A stretch of DNA of 64,000 nt from Chiloscyllium plagiosum (lineage: Eukaryota). The stretch is from NCBI RefSeq assembly GCF_004010195.1, contig NC_057758.1, positions 399,598 through 463,597 on the forward strand, written 5' to 3'. The position numbers and the translations under genes are program-made. This document shows, piece after piece, positions 1 through 12,592 of this stretch. The notes beneath the pieces were generated by a model, which searched no databases, was not told the DNA's origin, and saw nothing but the letters and a program-made list of their open reading frames with translations. Positions within the stretch are counted from its first letter, which is position 1; each line of letters begins with the position of its first letter.

Positions 1-2135
1 ATGATGCATAGAACGGGGTAGCAAAATGCACGGGATGTAGACAATGGAAATGTGGAGCTGGTTTAAGGAACAGGTATTCGGTGTCCTTGATAGGTTACTC
101 CCTGTCAGACACGGAGGAAGTGATAAGGTAAGGGAACCGTGTTTTTCTACAGAAATTACATCTCTTGTTAAGCAGAAGAAGGAGGCCTATGTGTTGATGA
201 GACAAGATGGTTCTGTTGAGGCCGTGGAGAGTTACAGATCAGCTAGGAAGGAAATAAAGAGAGAGAGTTAAGAAAAGCAAAGAGAGGACACGAGCTCTCT
301 TTAGCAAACAGAGTAAAGGAGAACCCGAGAGCTTTCGATAGGTATGTGTGGAATAAATGGATGACCAGGTTAGGAATAGGGCCAGTCAAACACAGAAGTG
401 GTTAGTTGAATGTGGACCCTGTAGAGATCGGAACATTACTAAACAAACATTACTCATCGGTTTGCACTCATGAAGAGGAGTATAATGTAGAGAAGAAAAA
501 TGAGATACGAGATATTAGTCTAGAAAGGGCCGAGGTTCGTTTCAAGAGGTGTTATCAATTCTGGAAAGAGTGAAAGTAGGCAAGTGCCCTGAGCAGAGTG
601 AGATTTATCCGAGGATTCCCTGGGAACCTAGTCAGGAGATAGCAGAGCCTTTGACATTGATATTTGAGTCGTCATTGTCTACAAGTTTAATACCAGAGGA
701 CTAGAGGATTGCAAATGTTGTGCCTTTGTTCAAGAAGTGCAGTAGAGATGACCTAGGTAATTATAGACCAGTGAGCCTTACTTCTGTTGTCGGAAATGTT
801 TTGGAAAAGATTACAAGAGGTAGGATATATAATCACCTAGCAAGCAACAATTTGATTTCAGATAGTCAACATGGTGTCCTCATTGTCAGGTTGTGTCTCA
901 CAAACCTCATTGAGTTTTTTGAGAAGGTGACCAAGCATGTAGATGAGGGTAGAGCAGTTGACATGGTATACATGGACTTCAGTAAAGCCTTTGATACATT
1001 TCCACATGGTAGGCTGTTGAAGAAAATGCAGAGGCATGGGATTGAGGGTGATTTAGCAGTTTGGATTAGAAACTGACTTTCTGAAAGAAGGCAGCGAGTG
1101 GTGGTTGATGGAAAATATTCAGCCTGGAGTCCGGTTACGAATGGTGTGCCACAAGGATCTTTTTTGGAACCACTGCTGTTTGACATTTTTATAAATGACT
1201 TACAAGCAGACATAAGTGGATGGATCAGTAAATTTGGAGATTACATTAAAGTCAGTGGAGTAGTGGACAATTTTGACGAATGTTACAGGTTGCAGCGGGA
1301 TTCGCATAAACTGCAGAATTGGGCTGAGAGATGGCAAATGGCGTTCAATCCAGCTAAATATGAGGTGTTGCACGTTGGGAAGAATAATAGGAAGGCAGTG
1401 TACTGGTTTAATGGAAAGATTCTTGGTCATGTGGACGTGCAGAGGGATCTTGGTGTCCATGTCCATAGACCTCTGAAAGTTGACATACAGTTTGATAGTG
1501 CTATTAAGAAGGCATACGATGTGTTAGGTTTCATCGGTAGAGGGATTGAGTTCCAGAGCATCAATATCCTGCTGCAGCTATATAAAACGCTGGTGCGGCC
1601 ACACTTGGAATATTGTGTACAGTTCTGGGCGCCATACTTCGGGAAGGATGTGGAAGCACTGGAAAAGGTGCAGAGAAGATTTGCAGGATGTTGCCTGGTC
1701 TCGAGGGAAGGTCTTATGAGGAAAGGCTGAGAGACGTGGGTCTGTTCGTATTAGAAAGAAGTATGCTAAGAGGGGATTTGATAGAGACATACAAGATGAT
1801 CAGAGGATTAGAAAGGGGAGACAATGAAAATTGTTTTTCCTGGGATGATGAGGGCAGCTTGTACGAGGTGGTATGACTACAAATTGAATTGTGATATATT
1901 TAAGACAGATGTCAGAGGCAAGTTGTTTTCTCAGAGAGTGGTAAGTGTGAGGAATGCCCTACCTGCCAATGTAGTTAACTCAACCACAATAGGGAGGTTT
2001 AAACAATCCTTGGATAAACACATGGATGATGATGGGATAGTGTAGGGTGACGTGCTTAGAATAGTTCACAGGATTAAGGGCCGAAGGGCCTGTTCTGCGC
2101 TGTATTGTTCTATGTTCTACGTTCTATGTTCTATA
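1..2135 (+). mobile_element. CR1/HER1-type LINE, degraded ORF2 (RT) and 3' tail
   Basis: ORF pieces PLFKK..GNYRPVSLTSVVG, YMDFSKAFD, GVPQGS, LVRPHLEYCVQFW with frameshifts; ends GGGCCGAAGGGCCTGT...(GTTCTAT)n at about 2078-2135. Confidence 0.95.
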
Positions 2136-2344
2136 CAGAAAGTTAACTGAGGAACTGTTCCAATCCAGTAACATAAGAAATCACATCGGGCAGGAGGGAA
2201 TAATTCCCAAAGAAATTTAAGAGAAATAGTCAGTCAGGAATCGTCTGCTGAAGTTTTCAAATTTTCCTGGACTCCTGAATTCCACAGCTGATCCAAATTA
2301 TAGGAAATCTGAACTGTGACAACTTGCCCCTTACCTGCCACTAA

Positions 2345-3113
2345 TCACTTCTGAGACCCCACAGCCCGTCTACCTTTCCAAATGCTTTTTAAAAAAGCCA
2401 AGGACAGCATAAATCCTTGGAAATAATTGCAGGGTTGGTGAGCTTCCTTTGGTAATAAACTGTACCTGTTAGTTTCATAATTCTTAAATCCATGGAACAT
2501 GGCAACCTGCGCAAGATCAAACTTGTGGTTCTCCATTTCTGAGTCACTTTCATTTCCACTCCTGGAGCTGGGCAGTCCAGCACGGGCTCTATTTTCCAAT
2601 AAAATACGTTTGAAGTACATAAGATTATCTAAATGAAGGGAATCTAAAAGACCGAGGCGCTGTAAAACTAGACGTGCCATATACCTGCATAATGTGAAAA
2701 AAAGCTTCTTTGGCCGGCAGCCTCACTGCCCTTTGTTAATAATTTGTTCAGGTTCATATGTAAACAAATTACAATTACAATCATGATCGTTATTACCAGC
2801 TTGATTGCAGTTCTTGAGTACAACACTGTGCTTGAAACATTTGGCAGCAGATAACCATAAATCGGTCAAGTGTGAACGACCCAATGCACCAAACTGACAG
2901 ATCAGGAGTGCCAGTAATCATACATTTAATTAAACTGTACAAAGGAGTAAAGGGCAGGAATGAACAAGGAACGTGATAACTGACAATTGGATGAATTCTT
3001 ACATTGTTGAACAGTATCAGTAGATCTGTTGCTGACATGTGCAATGTTTGAACAGTGACACACTTGGAAAGGCCACATTCTCTTTTTGAAAAAATCCAAT
3101 TTGTGGTCACATT
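2345..3113 (-). pseudogene. GPR139-like GPCR pseudogene A, exon 2 remnant
   Basis: Frameshifted pieces WIFSKRECGLSKCVT..ATDLLIL..PDLSVWCIGSFTLDRFMVICC, NRARAGLPSSRSGNESDSEMEN and KLTGTVYYQRKLTNP align with the intact gene at 53845-54761; acceptor CAG deleted; internal deletions. Confidence 0.9.
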
Positions 3114-3334
3114 GAGAGAGAAACAATAAGTGTGCCTGAAACATGATAATATGAGTCAGTTTTATTCATTTCAAAATAAACGAAAATAATTTAGTCAATT
3201 GTCACTGAGATCAGTTTGTAAAGTATAACAATGAGTCCACCAACACACGCTAAACGTTAAGGGAAGTTATTGTGACACCAGAAAGATGAAGTGAAAGGAG
3301 AGACACAAATGCAAGTTTCATTAAAGTAAAAAAA

Positions 3335-3675
3335 GTCGTTCCAGTATGGAAGCGGGTCATTTCGCCCATTGAGTTGACATCAAATGTCCAACGAGCGTCC
3401 TGCAGAGACCCATTCCCTTGCCCTCTCCCTGTAATCCTGCATTTACCAAGTCTAGCCTACAAAACCTGCACATCCCTGGACGCAATGTGCAATTTACCCT
3501 GGCCAATCCAGTCCACCTGTCCTGCATTACCTGAAATCGGAGCTGAGGGAGAAAACTCACATAGACATGTGGACATTGTGAAAACTGCATACAGGCTCCT
3601 GTCCGAGGTACGATTCGAACCTGTGTTCTTGGTCCTGTCTGTCAGCAGTTATAAACATTGAAGCACCGTCGATCC
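3335..3675 (-). mobile_element. HE1-type SINE, degraded, in intron of pseudogene A
   Basis: Reverse complement resembles SINE body (..GATGTGCAGG..) and B-box-like GGTTCGAATC. Confidence 0.75.
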
Positions 3676-3940
3676 ATCAGCTTTCAAAATGAGTTGTTAT
3701 GAAAGGGCAACCGGGAAGAAAATGGCGTTGCGACTCAATGCAGAAATAACCAAGTAAAACGATAGCAGGGCTCAACACAAAGAGAATATACTGGCTCACT
3801 ATGCCCTCTTGTGGCGTTGGGGTAGATCTCCCACCCCGGACGAAGAATCTCTGAAACAAGTTCACCGACTTCAGAGGTGTGTAAAACATTTTTTGAATAC
3901 GTTAATTAAGAAAAATAGGTTGAAAAATAATTTGGCACAA

Positions 3941-4010
3941 CGGGGAGATCAACAAATGCATATATCGGGTAGTAAATATCCTTCACCAGCGGAATTGCAG
4001 GTTTCATCGT
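3941..4010 (-). pseudogene. GPR139-like pseudogene A, exon 1 remnant
   Basis: 70 bp reading (T)MKPAIPLVKDIYYPIYAFVDLP versus MSKPAILLVKEIYYPLLALVALP in the intact gene; donor GTGAGT changed to TTGTGC. Confidence 0.9.
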
Positions 4011-4079
4011 TTTGTCTTCCATTGAGTGATTTCTGTTGAGCTTAAATAGTCCGATTTGGCATCTTCGAGGCGTGGAAGG

Positions 4080-4169
4080 GAATCTATATTTATGCATGCA
4101 TCAAACTTTCCGCAAATCAAGCAGTTATTTGGCTCACATTAATTGCTGTTATTTAACAAATATAGTCAG
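4080..4169 (-). promoter_or_regulatory. Paralogous proximal promoter of pseudogene A
   Basis: Blocks GAATCTATATTTATGCATGCAT (4080-4101) and ATTTAACAAATATAGTCAG (4151-4169) are identical to 59436-59457 and 59507-59525. Confidence 0.6.
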
Positions 4170-5519
4170 TTGAAGCAACATATTTGGTTTGCTGAAACAA
4201 ATATTGAAAGAAGCAAAATATTCGAAGGAGGGAAATCAGATGCATTAATACTGAAATGGCAGTTGGACTTTTAAATGCAAATTACCCTGTCACTACTTGT
4301 GGCTAACTTCTACGGTCCCAAAAGCATCTGATAGTTTACTATGCATAATCAGCTTCAGGCCAAAGTACTCTGAGATATGTACATTCTTGCGTTTCTTGTG
4401 TCTTGAGAATCTCCCACTCTGATCATAGATTTGTGGCTGTTCTATCTGGAACCTTTGAAACTTTTTGCATGTCTACATTCACTCAGCTCAACTCGTCAAT
4501 ATGTTTCCCAAATGCCGAGTTTCACACAGCTGTTGTTTGGGCTGCATCGCCTTCTCCCGTGCATGGGTATCTCTTTGAGTGTCTTCACCGAACCTTTTGA
4601 CTGTTGTGTTTTTCCCATGACAATTGATAAACCACTGAGTCCTTCCACAGCAGGTTGACTCACCGCAACTGATAATTGCTCAGGATGTGAAAGTTTGCAA
4701 TCAATCCAAATGGGTAAACGAATGCATCATGGTAATTGGACTTGCATTTTTATTTCGAATCACTGTGTCCCAATCTTAGTTATTACTTTGTTCAATGCAG
4801 CTTTCAAAGTCGATTTAATCCTTGGAATTGTCAGTTATTTTAGCTTTTCCTGCGATACTGTAACATTCCAAGACTTTTCGCTGATTATTATGCTTTATGT
4901 CTCTCCACCCACACCCAACCCTCCACCCCCCAAACCCCACACCAGGAATTCTATTCCAAAGAATAGACTACTGCTGCCTGAACTTAATTCTTTGCAAGAC
5001 CTGCCTACACTGAATGCATGTAGTACAGAATCGATTTAGTCAGGTTCTACGAAGAATCAGATGAATGGTCGCGTGATTTCGTTCACAGGAAGATAGTACC
5101 AACAGGGTTTCAACTCCTGCACTCAATTGGAAAACATTTATATTGTCAATAGCAAATATCACAAATCACATCTATCAGGAAATTCGCTGGCTACACGAAT
5201 TTGTTCCCCATCTGCTTGATTCCTCATGATTTCATCCGTAATCTGTATTATTGTCTCGAACATGCCTTTGTTGTGGAAGACGACATTTGGTAATCTCATT
5301 TATAAAATGCAAGAAAAGCAATTTTCTGAACTAATACGAAAGATCTAAATGTTAACACAACTTTTCATTCTTGCACTAACAAGACACTTAAGGATACGGA
5401 CCATTGTGGTTGTGTTTATTGACGAACCTTTTTGGTTCGACACTCTTCAGGCAACCATATTGTTTCCAGTTTTGCTGCATTTGCATCTCTTCTTAATCTT
5501 ACTGGTTGTTCCACCTCCA

Positions 5520-6860
5520 TTATTCATGTTACTACAGTTTATTTTTGTATAATATGTCATGAAAATTGATTATGTTCAAGCTTGCACTTTTTAATACAGT
5601 CGTCTTCAATAAGTCTCAGTCTACCGTTTCAACTCCTCGCCTATTTCTTTTGATAATAACCTCTCCCAGTTCCCAGATCTCTTCACCCACTTTCACCACT
5701 CTCCATACACCTGCAACATACACACCTGCCTTTTCCCTGGACTCGAGCTGGTCATTCAGAACTGTTACCTCAATTTGTTACCTCAATTACTCTTCCCTCC
5801 CTTCGCCCTTGCAACATCGCTCACTCTGAACTAACTGCACTGCGTGTTCTCGTATCAAACCTAATTTTGTAATTAAGCCCGCCAAAAAGCATGGAGTTGG
5901 TGTTGACTGACGTCCTGACCGCGACAATGCTGAGGCTGCACGCCAGGTTTCAGATGTTTCCATCTATCGCCCCTTGGATCATGACCTCAATATTGAACTT
6001 CAGGCGAGTGCATTCACAATTGTTGCTAATTCATGTAGTGCTTCCACTATACCTCCACTACAATTCATGTAGTGCTTCCACTATACCTCCTTCCAACTGC
6101 ACATGGCCCACTTCTACCTCCTTCCCAGAATCTGCAAACGAGATTGCCAGGACAGGCATATTATTACTGCCATTTTCTGCTCCACGGATCCCATCTCTTT
6201 CTACATTCAATTCAAATTTTTCTTCCCTTATCCAGTCCGTTCTGCCTTTCATCAACTGCATCTCTGTCATTATACATCAAAGTAAGAACTTCCTGCCACT
6301 TCTTCTTGACGTGAAATTCCTTTTCAAGCATATTTCCCGTCAGGATAGTTTCAGAGCTCTCCAGCTATTCATGGAAAAGAGGTCTGAACTGTTGCCATCC
6401 ACCAACACAGTCCTGACATTGGCCGCACTTGCCCTCATACTGAACGAATTGTCTTTTAGCTCCGCTCGCTTTCTTCAGGAGAAACGTGTGCTCCATTCGG
6501 ATTTCATTTTCCTCAAGTCCATCTCTGACTTCTCCCCGACGGTCTATATCTCTATTTTCTTTTCTGGGGATGGGCTGGTCACAAATATCCAGTACAAACC
6601 CACAGGCTCAAACGGTTATCTTGACTCTACCTTCCACATCCTATTTTCTGTCATGACTCTACTTCATTCTATCAGTGTGTGAGTCTCCGTGACGTCTGTT
6701 CTGATCTTACAAACATCGATAAGGGATCCCCCAAAATGTTCACATCGACTGCAGATTCCTCAGCACTGCAGCTGAACGAGCTCCAAATGAGATGTGTTCC
6801 ATCTCCTGTACTTCATCTAATCACCCCTGTTTTCCCTTTGAACGATGTAATGGGGAATTG
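5520..6860 (+). mobile_element. Penelope-like element, degraded RT region
   Basis: VIKPAKK (cf. IKPADKG), DVKFLFKHI, LILNELSF, LVTNIQYKPTGSNGYLD: PLE RT motifs with deletions. Confidence 0.8.
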
Positions 6861-6869
6861 ATTCACCCC

Positions 6870-7610
6870 CGGAAGTCTGCGATCTGATTGGAGACTGATC
6901 CATTTTCTGATGACTTAGTTTTCTGAGTACCTTTTCCATAGAGATGCTGATTGCTCGTAGTCCTGCCCTTTCTTTAGTCTCTGACTTGCCCGTTCCAACA
7001 GAAATTGTTGTGTTTTCCTTCAAAGTGAAAACAGAGGCAAAGTCATGATTTTGCATCTCTGTTATTTTACTGCTCTCCATTATTAACTCTCCAGTTATAT
7101 TCTTCAAGCGATCAATATCGATATTAGCGATCCACTTTAATTTAATCCACCTACAGAAGCCTTTGGTTTCCTATTCGACACTTTATGCTGGTCTCCTTTC
7201 GTAAATTACCCGAGTATTCTTTTATTTCTTTTTTTAGTACCCCTGTGTTTAAAATTGGCATTTTCCCAATATTCCAGGATGCCTCTCTTCTTAGCCATTT
7301 GGTACACTTTAGTTTTTGTCTTTGACCTCCTTGTGTAACCATCAATGTTTATTTATTGCCACTTTTACCATCTTTCTCCCTGACTGGGATTTATTCACTT
7401 GTTTGGAATTGAGCAGCTCCTGAAACATCTACCACTGCTCTTCAGCTGTCAAACTTCTGAGGATTCCTGCACAATCTACTCAGGCCAAATCTGTCCTCAT
7501 GCCGATGTAATTTCCTTTGTTTCATGCCACAATACTCCTTTGTGACGTAATTTTCTCAGTCCCAAAATTAATTTCAGATCCTACCAGACTGTGATGACCA
7601 ATCTTAACGG
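6870..7610 (-). mobile_element. Old CR1 fragment
   Basis: FASVFT..KVLRKL in ORF 6817..7107. Confidence 0.7.
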
Positions 7611-7639
7611 TGACGATCCTTAACGGTGATATCAAAAAT

Positions 7640-7847
7640 TAATCTTGGCAAGTGCAAGGACTAAAGCAATTTGGCATGTCTAAAGAGGGATGGATGCATC
7701 CAACGAATAGAAAAAAACCAACAGAGCATTGAGGAACAAAGGGATCTGAACATAAAAGCACATAAATACTGATAGTGTCAGCAGGGGTAGACACAGTGGT
7801 GAAGAATGCATACAATATGCTTGCCTTCATTAGCAGTGGCATAAAAT
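7640..7847 (+). mobile_element. Old CR1 fragment; continues at about 14120-14700 after the nested minus-strand CR1
   Basis: VVKNAYNMLAFISSGIKY here, then MEYCVNFW..RLGFYSVEQRRL after 14120. Confidence 0.7.
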
Positions 7848-10800
7848 ATAGAACATAGAACATTACAGCGCAGTACAGGCCCTACATCCCTCGATGTTAC
7901 ATCACCCTGTGAAAAAAAATCCGAAACCCATATGATATGAACTATTCCATTCTGTCTTTAGGCCTGTCCAATTTCCATTTAAATGTGTGAAAAGCTGGCG
8001 AGTCTACAACTGTTGCAGACAATGCATTCCATGCCCTGATTACTGTCTGAGTAACGAAACTATTTCTGATATCTGTTCTATATCTATCACATATAAATGT
8101 GAGGCTATGCCTCCTCGTGCTAGCCATCACCGTTCTATGAAAAAGGCTCTCACTGTCCACTTGACCTAACCTTCTGATTATCTTATATGACTGCATTAAG
8201 TCATCTCTTAACATTCTTCTTTCCAACGAAACCAACCTCAACTCCTTTAACCTTTCTTCTTAAGACCTGCCATTTATACAAGGCAACGTCTCCCCTGAAC
8301 CCTTTCCAAAGCTCAACATCCTTCCGATAATGCAATGACCACAACTGCCGCCCAAGTGCGACCGAGTTTTGTGTAGTTGCATCATGACTTCATGGTTCTG
8401 ATAGTCGATCCCTCTACCAAAAAAATGCGAACGCAACGTATGCCTTCTCAACAGCCCTTGCACTCTGAATGGCAACTTTGGGGGATTTATGTTTTATGCT
8501 AGTTTCCTTTCGTAATTTCACCGAGATCTCTCTGCTCATTCACACTACCAAAAACCTTACCATTCGCAAAGCACCCTGCATTCCTGTCACTTCTTCAAAG
8601 TGAATCACCTCATACTTTCCGGAATTAACCTCCATTTGCCACCTCTCACCCCCGCTCTGCAGCTTATGTATGTCCCTCTTTAAACTACAATATCTTTTGG
8701 CACTATCCACAATTGTACCAAACTTACTGTTGTCCGCAAATTTACTAACCCATCTTTCTCCTCCCTCATCCTGGTCGTTTATTAAAATGACGAAAAACAG
8801 TGGACCCAAACCAAATCCTTTCGGCACACCACGAATAACTGAACTCCACAATGAACATTTCGCATCACCCACCACCTTCTGTCTTTTTTCAGCTAGCTGT
8901 TTTCCGATCCAAACGACTAAATTACCCACAATCCCATACCTCCTTATTTTGTGCAGTAGCCTACCGTGGGGAACCTTACCAAACTCCTTACTTAAATCCA
9001 AATGCACCACATTAACGGCCTTACCCACCTGTTTGGTCATGTCTAAAAGATCTCAATAAGGTTTGTGAGGTACGGCCTACCCTGCACAAAACCGCGCTGA
9101 CGATCCCTAATCAACTGATTCCAATGCAGCTGATTAGAAATCCTTTCTCATATAATCTTTACCAACACGTCACCCACAAGGAAGTAAGTCTCACTGCTGT
9201 ATATTTCCCAAAGTTGTCTCTACTCTCCTTGAACATGGGAAAAGCTTTTGCTATCCTCCAGTTTTCTGGTCCTATTCCGGAAGACAATGACAACGTAAAG
9301 ATCAAAGTCAATGCCTCAGAAATCTCCTCCCTGGTTTCCCAGATAATCCCAGAATAAATCCCATCCGGTCATGGGGTTTGTCAATTTTCACACTTCCTGG
9401 AATTTCAAAAAACCTCCACCTTGTGTACCTGAGTCCCATCTCGACTCGTAGCCTGTTTCTCGAAATTCTCCACTACAAAATTGTCTTTTTCCCAGTGTGA
9501 ATATTGCCGAAATATATTCATTTCACACTTCCCTTATCTCCTCTGACTCACACACAACATCCCACTGTTGTCTTTAATTGGCCCTAATCATATTCTAGTC
9601 ATTCTTTTATAATCTGTATGTCTGTCGAAAGCTTGAGAGTTTTCCCTGATCTATTCCACCAACAAACTTTATGCCCCCACCTCGATCATCTTAGTTCTGT
9701 CTTGAGATCTTTCTGGATACCTTGAAACTCTCAATCGCCTGCACATCTTATTCTAACATAAGGCCACTTCTTCCTCCTTGCCAGAGATTCAACTTTCTCA
9801 GTAAACTACGTCTCCTCCACTCGACAACCTCCTTCCTATCTGACAGGTACATACTTATGAAGGACAGACAGTAGCTGTTCCTTTTAAAATCTCCACATTT
9901 CTCGTGCCTATCCTCTACAGTTTCCTTCGCCATCCTCTGCATCCTAAATCTTGCCTAACCACATCAAAATTTCCTTTCCCCCAGCTGTACCTTTTATCCT
10001 CCATTGCATACCTATCCCCTGCCATCACTAAATTAAACATAACTGAATTGTGGGCACGATCACCAAAGTTCTCACCACCCTCTAAATCTAACACCTAGCC
10101 GGGTACATTGCCCCATTGCCTCGACCTTTGTTGGATGCGTTCAACTGTGTCAGAGAACCCTCATGCACACAATGGACAAAAACTGATCCATCCAAAGTAC
10201 TTCAAGCATAGCATTCCCAGTCAATATTTGGGAAGCTGAATCCTCCCATTACAACTCCCCTGTCATTCTCGCTCCTATCGAGAATCGTCTTTGCTAAACT
10301 TTCCTCTAAATCCCTGGAACAATTCGGAGTCTGTAGAAAAGTCGCAACAGCGTGACCTCCCCTTTCTTTTTTCTCACCGCAATCCATACTAACGCAGGTG
10401 ATGAATCCTCATATGACCTTCGTGCAGCTGCAATATTATCATAGATTAACTACAACAACCCCCAATATTTTACCATCTTCCCTGTTCTTAATGATCCATC
10501 TAATTCCTGGAAACTGCAACAATCATTCCTCTCCCTGTGCTACCCCCATGTCTCACAACATCAAAACCCCAGGTATTGACACATGCTGAAAGTTCACCCA
10601 CCTTCTTCCGCATGCTCTGGGCGTTGCAATGGACACATTTCTTGCTTGCCAGTGCCCTCTAGTGACCCTGAAATCCTATTTTGGACATCCCTCCTCTTAA
10701 CAACCTTTGTACTCGACTTACAGTTTGACTTCCCATTTCTCTGCTGAATAACTTTAAAACCACCCAAAGAGCATTAGCAAATTTCCCACAACACCCCCTC

Positions 10801-11731
10801 CACTCCCATCTCACCCTTCCCAGGATACTGGTACCTGTTATGGACTAGACCAGAAAACTCAAAGCATTCATCAGCAGGCAGCCCTCGTCCTAAACTTTGC
10901 AAGTTGTTTCGACAATTGTACATTGAAAATTACCCGGTGTAAATATAACTAGGTTGAACACTAGATTTTAAAACAGACAAACATGTATTCACAAAATTAC
11001 ACAATGAAGCAGAAAGAACAGAATAAAGCACCCATACAGAACTCAACCTATCCAACTAGACTGAATTATTCTGTTGCGAATACACTCAACAGTCCCAATA
11101 AATAAACTCCATTTAAAAACCAGAACACATGCTTACAGATTGAAGTTGAAAGCAGAAAGATAGAGAGTTTCCACACAGCTCCCTGTTGAACTACTCACAA
11201 ACTGCTCAGCTCAGCTGAAGTGCTGACCACTCCCTTTTCATTATACAGGTTACCTCTAAATCATGACGACTTTGGACGATAACCTCATCTGTTTATATAT
11301 AAACAAAAGGCCTCGCAAAATTCTTTTCAACTCTGTACCAAGCCAGACTGACCGGAGTCTCACCCAGTTCATTGCCCCTCAAAAAAAAACACAAGGACCT
11401 TTTCTCCTTGAGCTGCGGAACAGCTTCTAAAAAAGAAGTGACTGGATTTGTGACATCTTCCCACCCCCCACCCCTCCCCCCTTAAAATAATCATCAATGC
11501 CAAAAGATGGCTTAATTTTAAACCTTCAAAGCTCAATTATTCGTCTAAAGACAGATATACACTATATTAACTATAACCATGCAAACCTGCACAAACACAT
11601 GCAAATTCAGGCAGCGGTACACTCACCACCAAATGCCTCTGTATCTCATTTGAGTCTCGGCAATGCATCAGCAATGATGTTTTCGCGACGTGCCACATGC
11701 ATACTTGTCAAGATGAATGTCTTCAGAAACA

Positions 11732-11863
11732 CGATTTGGTGTTGGACGAGGGTGTACAAAGTTAAAAATCTCACAACCCCAGGTTATAGTCCAACATGTT
11801 TAATTGGGAGTACACTTCCAATCAAACCTGTTGGACTATAACTTGGTGTTGTGTGATTTTTAA
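11732..11863. mobile_element. Short inverted-repeat insertion, probably PLE termini
   Basis: AAGTTAAAAATCTCACAAC..GGTTATAGTCCAACA inverted against TGTTGGACTATAAC..GTGTGATTTTTAACTT; 11-bp TSD CTTCAGAAACA (11721-31/11864-74); same terminus occurs at about 43570. Confidence 0.75.
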
Positions 11864-12284
11864 CTTCAGAAACAAGCACCATCGAAACAGTCTGCCATTT
11901 ATGTCCTTACATTTTTCCACAAGTGTCGATGAGTTATCATTGCTAAACATGGTTTTCTCAGATGCATTGCTACTATTATAAAACATGAAATGTTGCAGTG
12001 CCAACACCAAGGTTAAAGTCTTTTTCTCCACCATTACAGATTTCTAAAGATGAACGTTCAACTTCCTGCAAAAATACCCGATGGTCTTTATAATTTCCTC
12101 ATCACCCTCCTGCAGGAGCACAACGCCGACACCAACATCGCCGGCATCAATAGTCACCCTGAAAGGCTTCTTGTAATCCGGTGTGATTAATACTGGGGCA
12201 GTGGTTAATACAGTTTTTACCCTATCTGATACGTTTTGACAGTCACCGGTCCACTGCAACTTCTTGCCTCTTTTCAGCAATTCG

Positions 12285-12592
12285 TCGGTGGCTCAGTGGT
12301 TAGCACTGCTGCCTCACAATACCAGGCTCCCAGGTTCGATTCCAGCCTCGTGTGATTCTGTGTGGAGTTTGCACATTTTCCCAGTGTTGGCGTGGGTCCC
12401 CTCCGGGTGGTCCGGTTTCGTTTTACAGTCCAAAGATGTGCAGGTCAGGTGAATTGGCCATGCTAAATTGTCCATAGTGTTAAGTGCATTAGTCAGAGGG
12501 AAATTGGTCCGGGTCTGTTACTCTTCGGAGGTTCGGTGTGGGCTGGTTGGGCCAAAGAGCCTGTTTCCACACTGTAGGGAATCTAATCCAAA
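12285..12592 (+). mobile_element. HE1-type tRNA-derived SINE
   Basis: A box TGGCTCAGTGG, B box GGTTCGATTCC, LINE-like tail GGGCCAAAGAGCCTGT, TSD AATTCG. Confidence 0.9.

Noticed and set aside
6028-6090. Short direct repeat AATTCATGTAGTGCTTCCACTATACCTCC x2
   Set aside because: Ordinary local tandem duplication in a dead element
5891-6682. 263-aa ORF as a host gene
   Set aside because: Mosaic of in- and out-of-frame Penelope RT sequence with internal deletions
5520-6860. PLE fragments upstream of both subfamily A copies (also 60770-62065) as one ancestral insertion
   Set aside because: Same orientation and similar distance, but I could not align the intervening DNA or junctions, so shared origin is unsupported
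12285-12345. tRNA genes here and at about 26130 and 49291
   Set aside because: A/B boxes continue into SINE body and LINE-like tail, with TSDs at two copies; these are tRNA-derived SINE heads
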